Sequence record: SRR20825010_854
Length of the DNA: 39,476 bases
Reading direction: 5' to 3' (one strand)
Positions 8,701-16,915 of the stretch are shown piece after piece. A program made the translations under genes and the position numbers. A model generated the notes under the pieces. It worked only from the letters and a program-made list of their open reading frames with translations. It was not told the DNA's origin and did not search any database. Numbering within the stretch: position 1 is the stretch's first letter; each line of letters begins with the position of its first letter.

Positions 8701-10439
8701 TGGTGCAGTGGTGCGACAGCAAAGTGAGCCGTGATGGCGTAGATCTGGCCGTACGGACCTGGAGTTCCGACAAGAGCCCCACCGTGGTGCTGGTGCACGG
8801 CTATCCCGACGCTAATCATGTCTGGGAAAAAGTGGCCGAACGGCTCAGCCGGGATTTTAAAGTGGTCGCCTATGACGTACGCGGCGCCGGCAACTCCTCC
8901 ATCCCCAAAGGGCGCAAGGCCTACCGACTCAGTGAGCTACGCGCCGACCTGCACGCGGTGATGGATGCGGTCAGCCCGGATCAGCCCGTGCACCTGGTGG
9001 GCCACGACTGGGGCTCCATCCAGACCTGGGAGTCCGTCACCGAACCCGGCGCGGAACAACGCATTGCCTCCTACACCACCCTGTCCGGCCCCTGCCTGGA
9101 CCACGTGGGCCAGTGGATGAAGGCACAGCTGAAAGAACAGAAGCTCGGCGCTGTGCTCAATCAACTCAGCCATTCGTGGTACATCGGCGCCTTTCAGCTG
9201 CCCGTCCTCGCGCCGCTGTTATGGAAAGCCGGCCTGGCGAAAGCCTGGCCCCAGGTACTGCGCCGCACCGAAAAGCTGCACAGTGAACCCAGCGCCACCC
9301 AGCTGCAGGACGGCACCCACGGTATCGAACTGTACCGGGCCAACATGCTGCCCTGCCTGCTCAAACCCCGGGAGCGCTATACCAAGGTACCGGTGCAACT
9401 GATCGTTGCCCGCGAAGACAACTATGTGCGTCCGGCCATGCTGGAAAGCCTGCCACAATGGACCGACCGCCTGTGGCGGCGGGAACTGGACTGCGGCCAC
9501 TGGGGCCCCCTGCTGCAACACCCGGACGTAACTGCCCGCTGGATTCGCGAGTTCATTCAACACATCGATGGCGCGCCTGCCTGCGGCCCGCTGCAACGCA
9601 GCGAAATCACCGGCACAAAACCGCGTGGCCCAGACAGCGGCAAACGCGTTGTGGTCACCGGAGCCGGCTCCGGCATCGGCCGCGAAACCGCACTGGCCTT
9701 TGGCCGCCGGGGCGCACTGGTGCTGTGCACCGACATCAATGCCGAGGCCGCCGCCAGCACCGCCAGCATCATCGTCCGTGAAGGCGGCGACGCGCTCAGC
9801 CGTAAATGCGATGTGAGCAACACCCGCTCCATGGAGGCCCTGGCCCACTACGTGGAAAAGGAACTGGGCGCCCCGGACATCCTGATCAATAACGCCGGCA
9901 TCGGCCTGTCCGGCTCACTGCTCGACACCAGCGTGAAGGACTGGCAACAGGTACTGGGTGTGAACTTGTGGGGCGTCATCCATGGCTGCCGATTATTCGC
10001 CCGCCAGATGATCGACAACGGCAAGGCCGGCCATATCATCAACGTGGCTTCCGCCGCCGCCTTCCTGCCTTCGCGCATGCTGCCCGCCTATGCCACCAGC
10101 AAAAGCGCAGTGCTGATGTTCAGCGAATGCCTGCGCGCCGAAATGGCCGAGCACAACATCGGTGTCAGCGCCATCTGCCCCGGCATCATTGATACCCCCA
10201 TCACCCGCAGCACCCGCTTTGTAGGCGTGGCCGACGAAGAACAGAGCCGCCGCCGGGAAGATGCCGCCAAACTCTACCAGCGCCGGGCCTATACCCCGGA
10301 CCGAGTGGCCCAGGCCATCGTCGAGGCCGTGCAAAGCAACCGCGCCGTGGTGCCCGTCAGCCCGGAAGCCGTGGGCATGCAATGGCTGGGTCGCTTCACC
10401 CCCTCACTGGCCCGCAACCTGGCACAGGTGGAAATTTAG
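8700..10439 (+). CDS. Alpha/beta hydrolase-SDR fusion (EphD-like)
   Basis: HGYPD, GHDWGS nucleophile elbow and GHW in the N-domain; TGAGSGIG, NNAG and YATSK in the C-domain. Confidence 0.92.
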   Translation: MVQWCDSKVSRDGVDLAVRTWSSDKSPTVVLVHGYPDANHVWEKVAERLSRDFKVVAYDVRGAGNSSIPKGRKAYRLSELRADLHAVMDAVSPDQPVHLVGHDWGSIQTWESVTEPGAEQRIASYTTLSGPCLDHVGQWMKAQLKEQKLGAVLNQLSHSWYIGAFQLPVLAPLLWKAGLAKAWPQVLRRTEKLHSEPSATQLQDGTHGIELYRANMLPCLLKPRERYTKVPVQLIVAREDNYVRPAMLESLPQWTDRLWRRELDCGHWGPLLQHPDVTARWIREFIQHIDGAPACGPLQRSEITGTKPRGPDSGKRVVVTGAGSGIGRETALAFGRRGALVLCTDINAEAAASTASIIVREGGDALSRKCDVSNTRSMEALAHYVEKELGAPDILINNAGIGLSGSLLDTSVKDWQQVLGVNLWGVIHGCRLFARQMIDNGKAGHIINVASAAAFLPSRMLPAYATSKSAVLMFSECLRAEMAEHNIGVSAICPGIIDTPITRSTRFVGVADEEQSRRREDAAKLYQRRAYTPDRVAQAIVEAVQSNRAVVPVSPEAVGMQWLGRFTPSLARNLAQVEI

Positions 10440-10594
10440 ACACGGCAAGCATCACGCAACACGCAACAGCGCGATTCCGGTCTGTAGTTTTCCGATGCCC
10501 GTGGCCGCGCCCACGGCCGGTGCGCAAACCGGGCCCGTCAATCAGCACGAGCTTCGCCCGCGTTGTTGCGTGATGCTTGTTGCGAGTTGCGTCT
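10438..10594. repeat. Heptamer-arm inverted-repeat element (CACGC/GCGTG class)
   Basis: Left agacacg-gcaagca-tcacgca-acacgca-acagcgcg; right cccgcg then ttgttg-cgtgatg-cttgttg-cgagttg-cgtct. Confidence 0.82.
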
Positions 10595-10641
10595 CTTTTC
10601 TCCTTCTAGCCCCAGTGCAAAAAGGGGGCTATCATCGCCAC

Positions 10642-11487
10642 ATGAAAACCAGTGACCGTAATCCCGCAGCGATTCTGCGCAGCCTGAAAAAGTACACCCA
10701 ACCGGCTGAGCAGCAGGCCCCGGCCGATGCCGGCGACCACAAGGAATTTACCATCGACGAACTGGCCCGCGAAGCCGGCTCGACGGTGCGTAACGTGCGT
10801 GCCTACCAGGATCGCAGCATCCTGCCGCCCCCGGAAAAACGCGGCCGCACGGGCATTTACACCGATGTGCACCTGGCACGCCTGAAGATTATCGGCGCCC
10901 TGCTGGAGCGCGGTTACACCCTCAATAATATCCGCGACTTGCTCAGCGCCTGGGAACAGGGCCGTGAGCTCAACGATATTCTTGGCCTGGAAGTGGCCGT
11001 CACCTCCTGGCAGACCCCCAGCGTCCCCTCCTACGTGGACTATCAGGATCTGTTGGATGACTTCGGCGAAGACATTACCCCGGAAGTGATGACCAAAGCG
11101 GTCAAGCTGGGCTACATCATTCCCGAAGGCATGCGCCTGCGCCTGCCCTTCCCGCGCGTTTACAACGCCGGCAAGGAACTCAGCGAAGCCGGCGTCCCGC
11201 TGGATGCCGTGCTTACCCACGTGAGCCTGGTCCGCGAGGAAGTGGACAAACTGGCCGAGCGCTTCATCGGCATGATCATCCACCACCTGGTGGACGAAAA
11301 GTACGGCGACGAAGCCCTCCCTGAAGGCGAAGACGTGCCCAAACTGGCCGACTTCATTACCCGCATCCGCCCACTGGCCGATGCCGTGGTCAGCGACGAG
11401 CTGGGCCGGGTACTGGAAAAGAGCATCAACAAGATTCTCGTCGACCGCCTGGCCAACGTGCTGGCGCATATGGAAGAGAAGGGCTAG
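10642..11487 (+). CDS. MerR-family transcriptional regulator
   Basis: HTH FTIDELAREAGSTVRNVRAYQDRSILPPP...YTDVHLARLKII...GYTLNNI. Start moved to ATG 10642 because the upstream extension overlaps the previous gene and the repeat. Confidence 0.9.
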   Translation: MKTSDRNPAAILRSLKKYTQPAEQQAPADAGDHKEFTIDELAREAGSTVRNVRAYQDRSILPPPEKRGRTGIYTDVHLARLKIIGALLERGYTLNNIRDLLSAWEQGRELNDILGLEVAVTSWQTPSVPSYVDYQDLLDDFGEDITPEVMTKAVKLGYIIPEGMRLRLPFPRVYNAGKELSEAGVPLDAVLTHVSLVREEVDKLAERFIGMIIHHLVDEKYGDEALPEGEDVPKLADFITRIRPLADAVVSDELGRVLEKSINKILVDRLANVLAHMEEKG

Positions 11488-11710
11488 CACGCCGCCCCAC
11501 GCTTCACGCAACACCGCGCGGATCTGCAGAGGATTCTCAACCTCCGCACCCGCGCTATCACCGAATCGCGGGCACAGAACTGAACACCCACCTCGCTTGC
11601 CCGCGTTTGAACTTTAAACTTTCAACTCACCCGCACTTTCAAACCTGCTCTTCTCTCCGCGCTTCCCCCCGCGCTTCCCGTGTTGCATGAAGCATGATGC
11701 ATGCTGCGTT
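11486..11710. repeat. Heptamer-arm element (CACGC class) with a nested CCCGCG core and a third arm (TTTNAAC class)
   Basis: Left agcacgc..cccacgc-ttcacgc-aacacc (11486-11514); right cgtgttg-catgaag-catgatg-catgctg-cgtt (11679-11710); inner tttgaac-tttaaac-tttcaac (11606-11626). Confidence 0.8.
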
Positions 11711-11877
11711 AAGTAGGCTTTTCTTTCTGTTTTGTTGCCGCCTCTCCCCCCCATACCCACAGGAATGCCAATCTTGGGACGACCGTGCGAAAAAATTGCG
11801 TCTTCGCGCTAACGCCCACGCAACCCTCGCACTAAAACAATCTCGCGCCAAAACAATAAAGTCCCGAGGAGAGCACC

Positions 11878-14800
11878 ATGAAACCCGGATTTGTCATTAC
11901 CGCGCTGCTTGCCGCCAGTCTGATCAGTGCCTGCGGGGGTGGCGGCTCCAGCAGCCCTGCCCCGGTGATCAACACTCCCACGCCCAACGAGCCCACAGAG
12001 CCGGAAACACCTGCGCCAGAACCGCCGGCAGATCGTCCTGCCAACGTCTCCGCACCCTATGCGGATTACGGCACCGTGCTCAACATCCTGCCCCCCGGTC
12101 AGGATGATATCGGCGGGCTCAGCAGCCTCACCGCCGACATTCCCGGTCTGGGGGATCTGGTGGGCACCCTGCTGGATGATCTGGTCGCGGAAACCGGGCT
12201 GGTGCCCGCGCTCACCAAAGAAACCCACTTCGACGACCAACTGGGCCTCTACGATGCCCTGGTGCGCAGCGAGCCGGGCCTCACCGACGACCAGCTAACC
12301 GACTATTTCAAAGCCGCACCCTTGCTCGGCCCCGAGGCGGGTAATTGGGAAAGCGAACTCACTCTGGATGCCAGCGGCTACCAGGTGGACATCAAACGCG
12401 ACAGCTATGGCGTACCGCACATTTACGGCGACTCCCGCCGCGACGCCCTGTTCGGCGTGGGCTATGTGACCGCCGCTGACCGCCTGTTCCTGCTCGACGT
12501 ACTACGCCGCGCCGGCCGGGGCGAACTGTCCCGCTTCCTGGGCCCCGCGGATTTCTCTTTCGACAGGGATATCGCGGTGGATGCCCCCTACCGGGAAGAA
12601 GACCGCACCACCATGATCGCCAAGACCGTTGCCCGCTTTGGTGACGATGGCGCCCAGGTCTTCGAAGACGCCACCAACTACGTGGCTGGCCTCAACCAGT
12701 ACGTCACTGATGCGCGCAGCGGCCTGCTGCAGGTGCCGGTGGAATACGTGGCGCTGGGCGTGCAACTGGAACCCTTCGTGATTGAAGACGTGGTCGCCAT
12801 CGCCACCCTGATTCAGGGCATCTTCGCTGGCGGCGGCGGTAACGAGCACAAGAACGTGTTGCTACTGCAGGCCCTGGAAGAACAGACCGGTAGCGCGGAA
12901 AGCGCCTGCGCCCTGTGGAAAGACCTGCGCAACGGTCTGGACCCGGAATCCTCGGTCACCACCACCCGCTCGTTTGCGACCCAGTCACCGCCCACCCTGC
13001 CCGACCTGTGCCCACTGAGCGGCGAGCTGGCCGGCCAGTTCCCCGGCGCAGTGATGTTCGATGCTGGTTCGTTCCAGGCCCACCAACCCCTGAGCCATGA
13101 ACCCTGCGGCCGACCCGGCCAGCCCCAGTGCCCCGAAGCGTTGGGCAATGTTCCCGCCCTGCCCGGCACCGGCGTGGTCGGCGGCCTGCTGGACACCGTG
13201 GGGGATCTGCTCGGCGGCATTCTGTCCCTGTCCTTTCTGGAAGACCAGGGCGCCCAACTGGGCAGCCAGTGGGCTACCCTCACCCGGCAGGTTCGTCAGC
13301 TGGGCAGCGCCACCCAGGCCGACACCCGCCTGAGCGACACACAACGCGAACAGGTACTGCAACGCATCGCGAGTATTGAAACCGGCATCAGTGGCCTGCG
13401 CGACGGTTTCCCGAGCACCATGTCCAATGCCCTGCTGCTCAATGCCGAGCATTCCGCCAGTGGCCAACCGCTAGCCGTGTTCGGCCCACAGACCAGCTAT
13501 TTTGTCCCCCAGCTACTGCTGGAAATGTCTATCCACGGTGGCGACATCAATACCCGAGGCATGACCTTTACCGGCCTGCCCTATGTGGTGATCGGCCGTG
13601 GCCCGGACTTCGCCTGGAGCGCCACCTCCGGCAGCTCCGACCTCACCGATGTCCGTGTCGTACAACGCTGCTCCCCCACTGAAACCCCGGCCCACGGAGA
13701 GGGTGGCTATCAGGTCAACGGCCAGTGCAAACCCTTCGATGTGATTGACGAGGAATGGGTGGCGCGCTGGAACCTGGCCTCCTCCACAGACCCGGAGGCC
13801 GTGGGCCAGAATGAAACCGTTCACCGCCGCGTGATCCGCACCGAGGAATACGGTCCGGTGATCGGCTTTGCCACCGTGTCCGGCATGCCCGTGGCGGTCA
13901 CCCGCCAGCGCAGTACCTACTTTGCCGAGCTGGATACCGCGTTGCCGTTCATGCAGGCCACCCGCAATGACGTGCACGATGTACAGAGCTTCTACGACGT
14001 GTTCTACAACACCACAGGCAGCTTCAACTGGTTCTATATCGACGACCGGGATATCGCCTTCTTCCATTCCGGCGACTACCCCCAGCGCGCCGACGGCATC
14101 CACCCGGAACTGCCCAGCTGGGGCAACGGCCAATATGACTGGGACGGCTTCCTGCCCCAGCAGGCCCACCCCCAGGCCAGCAACCCGGAGCGGGGCTACC
14201 TGGCCAGCTGGAACAACCGCCCGGCACGGGACTGGTGGGCCGCTGACGCCCACGCGCCCTATGGTTCCGCCCATCGCAACAACATCCTTGATGTGCGCCT
14301 GCAACAGTTGGTGGAAGAAGGCAGCGTCACCCGGGCACGAATGGTAGAAGCCATGGGCGATGCAGCCACCGTGGACCTGCGCGGCCAGGAAATCATCCCC
14401 CACGCCCTAGCCCTGCTGGAAAGTGCACCGGTCACCGGCGACCAGGATAGCGCCATCCGCCTGATGCACGACTGGGTCGCCAACGGCGCCATGCGCCGGG
14501 ACCGGGACGGCAGCGGTAATTACGATGAAGAAGCCGCCGTGGCCCTGATGGACGCCTGGTACCCGCTGATGATCGACATCCTGCTGCCGCAAATCACTGA
14601 CGTGGAGGATGTGAACGGCCAGAACCTGTCGCTGATGGATCGCGATAACAAGCCCGCAGCCGGCGGCTCCGCCTACAACTTTGGTTACTACAGCTACGTG
14701 GAGCGAGTGTTGGAACAAGCCCTGGGCACCAGCGCCAACCCCTACCGGGAACTGCGCTGCGCGGATAGCGATGACAGCAATGCCTGCCGCGATGCCCTGG

Positions 14801-14982
14801 CTGACAGTCTCAACCAGGCCATCGAGCAACTGGGCGGCATCGCCAGCATGGATAGCTGGAACGTGGACGAAAGCCAGGACCAGATCCAGCACCGCGCCAT
14901 CGGCCTATCCGGCGTCGCCCCCATCCACTGGCAAAACCGCCCCACCTTCCAGCAGGTGGTGGAATTCACCGGGCACCGGTAA
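11878..14982 (+). CDS. Penicillin acylase family (Ntn hydrolase, S45) lipoprotein
   Basis: Lipobox LISA-C, Pro-rich linker, IKRDSYGVPHIYG, GVGYVTAADRLF, putative beta-chain start MS-N-ALL (Ser codon 13423), SWNNRP, WQNRPTFQQVV; GAGGAG RBS. Confidence 0.9.
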   Translation: MKPGFVITALLAASLISACGGGGSSSPAPVINTPTPNEPTEPETPAPEPPADRPANVSAPYADYGTVLNILPPGQDDIGGLSSLTADIPGLGDLVGTLLDDLVAETGLVPALTKETHFDDQLGLYDALVRSEPGLTDDQLTDYFKAAPLLGPEAGNWESELTLDASGYQVDIKRDSYGVPHIYGDSRRDALFGVGYVTAADRLFLLDVLRRAGRGELSRFLGPADFSFDRDIAVDAPYREEDRTTMIAKTVARFGDDGAQVFEDATNYVAGLNQYVTDARSGLLQVPVEYVALGVQLEPFVIEDVVAIATLIQGIFAGGGGNEHKNVLLLQALEEQTGSAESACALWKDLRNGLDPESSVTTTRSFATQSPPTLPDLCPLSGELAGQFPGAVMFDAGSFQAHQPLSHEPCGRPGQPQCPEALGNVPALPGTGVVGGLLDTVGDLLGGILSLSFLEDQGAQLGSQWATLTRQVRQLGSATQADTRLSDTQREQVLQRIASIETGISGLRDGFPSTMSNALLLNAEHSASGQPLAVFGPQTSYFVPQLLLEMSIHGGDINTRGMTFTGLPYVVIGRGPDFAWSATSGSSDLTDVRVVQRCSPTETPAHGEGGYQVNGQCKPFDVIDEEWVARWNLASSTDPEAVGQNETVHRRVIRTEEYGPVIGFATVSGMPVAVTRQRSTYFAELDTALPFMQATRNDVHDVQSFYDVFYNTTGSFNWFYIDDRDIAFFHSGDYPQRADGIHPELPSWGNGQYDWDGFLPQQAHPQASNPERGYLASWNNRPARDWWAADAHAPYGSAHRNNILDVRLQQLVEEGSVTRARMVEAMGDAATVDLRGQEIIPHALALLESAPVTGDQDSAIRLMHDWVANGAMRRDRDGSGNYDEEAAVALMDAWYPLMIDILLPQITDVEDVNGQNLSLMDRDNKPAAGGSAYNFGYYSYVERVLEQALGTSANPYRELRCADSDDSNACRDALADSLNQAIEQLGGIASMDSWNVDESQDQIQHRAIGLSGVAPIHWQNRPTFQQVVEFTGHR

Positions 14983-14987
14983 AGCCC

Positions 14988-15082
14988 AGTGACGAGATAC
15001 GAGTAACGAGTTGCGAAGATCAATAGCCCAGTCTTACCTGGCTTGGTTTTCGCTTCTCGCTTCTCGTTACTCGTTACTCGCT
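14988..15082. repeat. Heptamer-arm inverted-repeat element (CGAG/CTCG class)
   Basis: Left agtgacg-agatacg-agtaacg-agttgcg; right ttttcgc-ttctcgc-ttctcgt-tactcgt-tactcgc; ~30-bp spacer. Confidence 0.85.
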
Positions 15083-15235
15083 AAGCTCCCCGGGTGGCAC
15101 AACATCTACGCGATCCCCACCCTCCATCATTACTTCTGCGCATACATCCATATCCACCCCATGCATTTGTCTAATCCTCCCATCGGCGTTAGCGTCTGCT
15201 ACACATAAAAATTCTGATTTCCGGGAGAGCACCAC

Positions 15236-16216
15236 ATGCGCGCCATTCTTTGTAAGGAACTGGGCCCAGCCAACACGCTGGTCATTGAAGACATCGCATC
15301 CCCTGCGCCGGACAAGGGCGAAGTGAAGGTGCGGGTAAAAGCCGCCGGCCTGAATTTCCCCGACACCCTGATCATTGAAGGCAAGTACCAGATCAAACCG
15401 GAACTGCCATTTTCACCCGGCGGCGAAATGGCCGGGGAAGTGCTGGAAGTAGGCGAAGGGGTGAAAAACTTCAAGCCGGGTCAGCGGATCATGGGCCTCA
15501 CCGGATACGGTGCTTTTGCCGAAGAGATTCTGGTACCGGAAAACCGGCTAATCCCTGTACCTGATGGCATGGACGACCATACCGCCGCCGCCTTCTCCAT
15601 GGTCTACGGCACCAGCTACCACGCGCTGAAACAACGGGCCAACATCCAGCCCGGAGAAACCCTGCTGGTGCTGGGCGCCAGTGGCGGCGTGGGCCTGGCT
15701 GCAGTGGAAATTGGCAAGGCCATGGGCGCCAAGGTGATCGCCTGTGCCAGCAGCGATGAGAAACTGGAAGTGGCCAAGGAAGCCGGCGCCGATGACCTGA
15801 TCAACTACGCGGACGAAGACCTGAAGGACGCGCTCAAGAAGCGGTATCCCAAAGGCGTGGACGTGATCTACGATCCCGTGGGCGACAAGTTCACCGAAGC
15901 GGCACTGCGCAATATGGCCTGGAACGGCCGCCTGCTGGTGGTCGGTTTCGCCGCCGGCGACATCCCCAAGATTCCTGCCAACCTGGCACTGCTGAAAGGC
16001 TGCGCCATCGTCGGGGTATTCTGGGGTGCCTTCACTCAGCAAGAGCCGAAGGTGAACATGCAGAACATCATGGAACTGTTCCAGCTGTTCGGCCAGGGCA
16101 AGCTCAAACCGCGCATCAGCCAGGTGTTCAAGTTCGAAGAATACGAACAAGCACTGGCGGCGCTCACCTCGCGAACAGCCAAAGGCAAAGTCGTGCTAGA
16201 CGTAGCCCGCGACTGA
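15236..16216 (+). CDS. NADPH:quinone oxidoreductase family (zeta-crystallin/MDR)
   Basis: AAGLNFPD, PFSPGGEMAG, LGASGGVG, DVIYDPVG, GKVVL; GGGAGAG RBS. Confidence 0.92.
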   Translation: MRAILCKELGPANTLVIEDIASPAPDKGEVKVRVKAAGLNFPDTLIIEGKYQIKPELPFSPGGEMAGEVLEVGEGVKNFKPGQRIMGLTGYGAFAEEILVPENRLIPVPDGMDDHTAAAFSMVYGTSYHALKQRANIQPGETLLVLGASGGVGLAAVEIGKAMGAKVIACASSDEKLEVAKEAGADDLINYADEDLKDALKKRYPKGVDVIYDPVGDKFTEAALRNMAWNGRLLVVGFAAGDIPKIPANLALLKGCAIVGVFWGAFTQQEPKVNMQNIMELFQLFGQGKLKPRISQVFKFEEYEQALAALTSRTAKGKVVLDVARD

Positions 16217-16373
16217 GTTTCAGATCTCAAGCTGCAAGCCTCAAACCACAACGTGGTGAAGGATGTGGGTGTTATTTTCTGGTGTTGTACCCGCGCTTAA
16301 CGGTTAGTCGCGGGCACAAAAGTTTAAAACCCAAAACCCTGTCCCGCGCTTGCAGCTTGAAGCTTGCGGCTGC
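16216..16373. repeat. Heptamer-arm inverted-repeat element (AGCT class) with CCCGCG core
   Basis: Left agtttca-gatctca-agctgca-agcctca-aaccaca; right gcttgca-gcttgaa-gcttgcg-gctgc; core 16289-16348 resembles 11548-11605. Confidence 0.82.
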
Positions 16374-16375
16374 TT

Positions 16376-16816
16376 TTAACGGCCGCTCTGATCGATCACC
16401 ACCCCCGGCGCACCGGCCTGTAGCAGTTCGCGCAGATCCTCGGGCACCGGGGTCTTTTCGAACGGCTCCGTGGTCATCATCACGTACACCGCTTCTGAGT
16501 GCGCAATGGCACGGCCATCGTCCGCGTGACGAATATCCGCCTGCAGCGAGAACGAGGTGTTGCCCATATGGGTCAATGACACGAAGACATCCAACACGTC
16601 ATCAAAGCGTGCCGACGACTGCCATTGGGTGGTCAATTTCACCACCTGGTTATCCAAACCGTCCGCCAGCAACTGGCTGTAATCACGGCCCAGCGCACGC
16701 ATGAATTCGGTCATGGCGATATCCACGTAATCCCCGTAACGGGCGTTAAACACCACGTGCTGGGCATCGCATTCGTTGTAGCGCACCCGAAATCGAAAGC
16801 AAAAAGGATTGGCCAT
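16376..16816 (-). CDS. Acyl-CoA thioesterase (4HBT/YbgC-FadM hotdog family)
   Basis: RVRYNECDAQHVVFNARY motif, SARFDD, GNTSF. Confidence 0.9.
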   Translation of the reverse strand: MANPFCFRFRVRYNECDAQHVVFNARYGDYVDIAMTEFMRALGRDYSQLLADGLDNQVVKLTTQWQSSARFDDVLDVFVSLTHMGNTSFSLQADIRHADDGRAIAHSEAVYVMMTTEPFEKTPVPEDLRELLQAGAPGVVIDQSGR

Positions 16817-16856
16817 ACATCACACCTGATTCTGTGAAATCGCTGTATTGCGAGCA

Positions 16857-16876
16857 AACATACCGAAGAGTATGCT
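16857..16876. promoter_or_regulatory. Candidate palindromic operator between the divergent thioesterase and acyl-CoA ligase genes
   Basis: aaCATAC-cgaaga-GTATGct; a second dyad tcaca-N8-tgtga at 16820-16837. Confidence 0.35.
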
Positions 16877-16915
16877 CGATCTATTTTCGGAATTCTATTC
16901 CATAAAGGAGAGCCC

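Noticed and set aside
14988-15082. Short repeats considered as a CRISPR array
   Set aside because: Units are 7-bp tandem with no unique spacers; no 23-47-bp direct repeats and no cas genes in the window.
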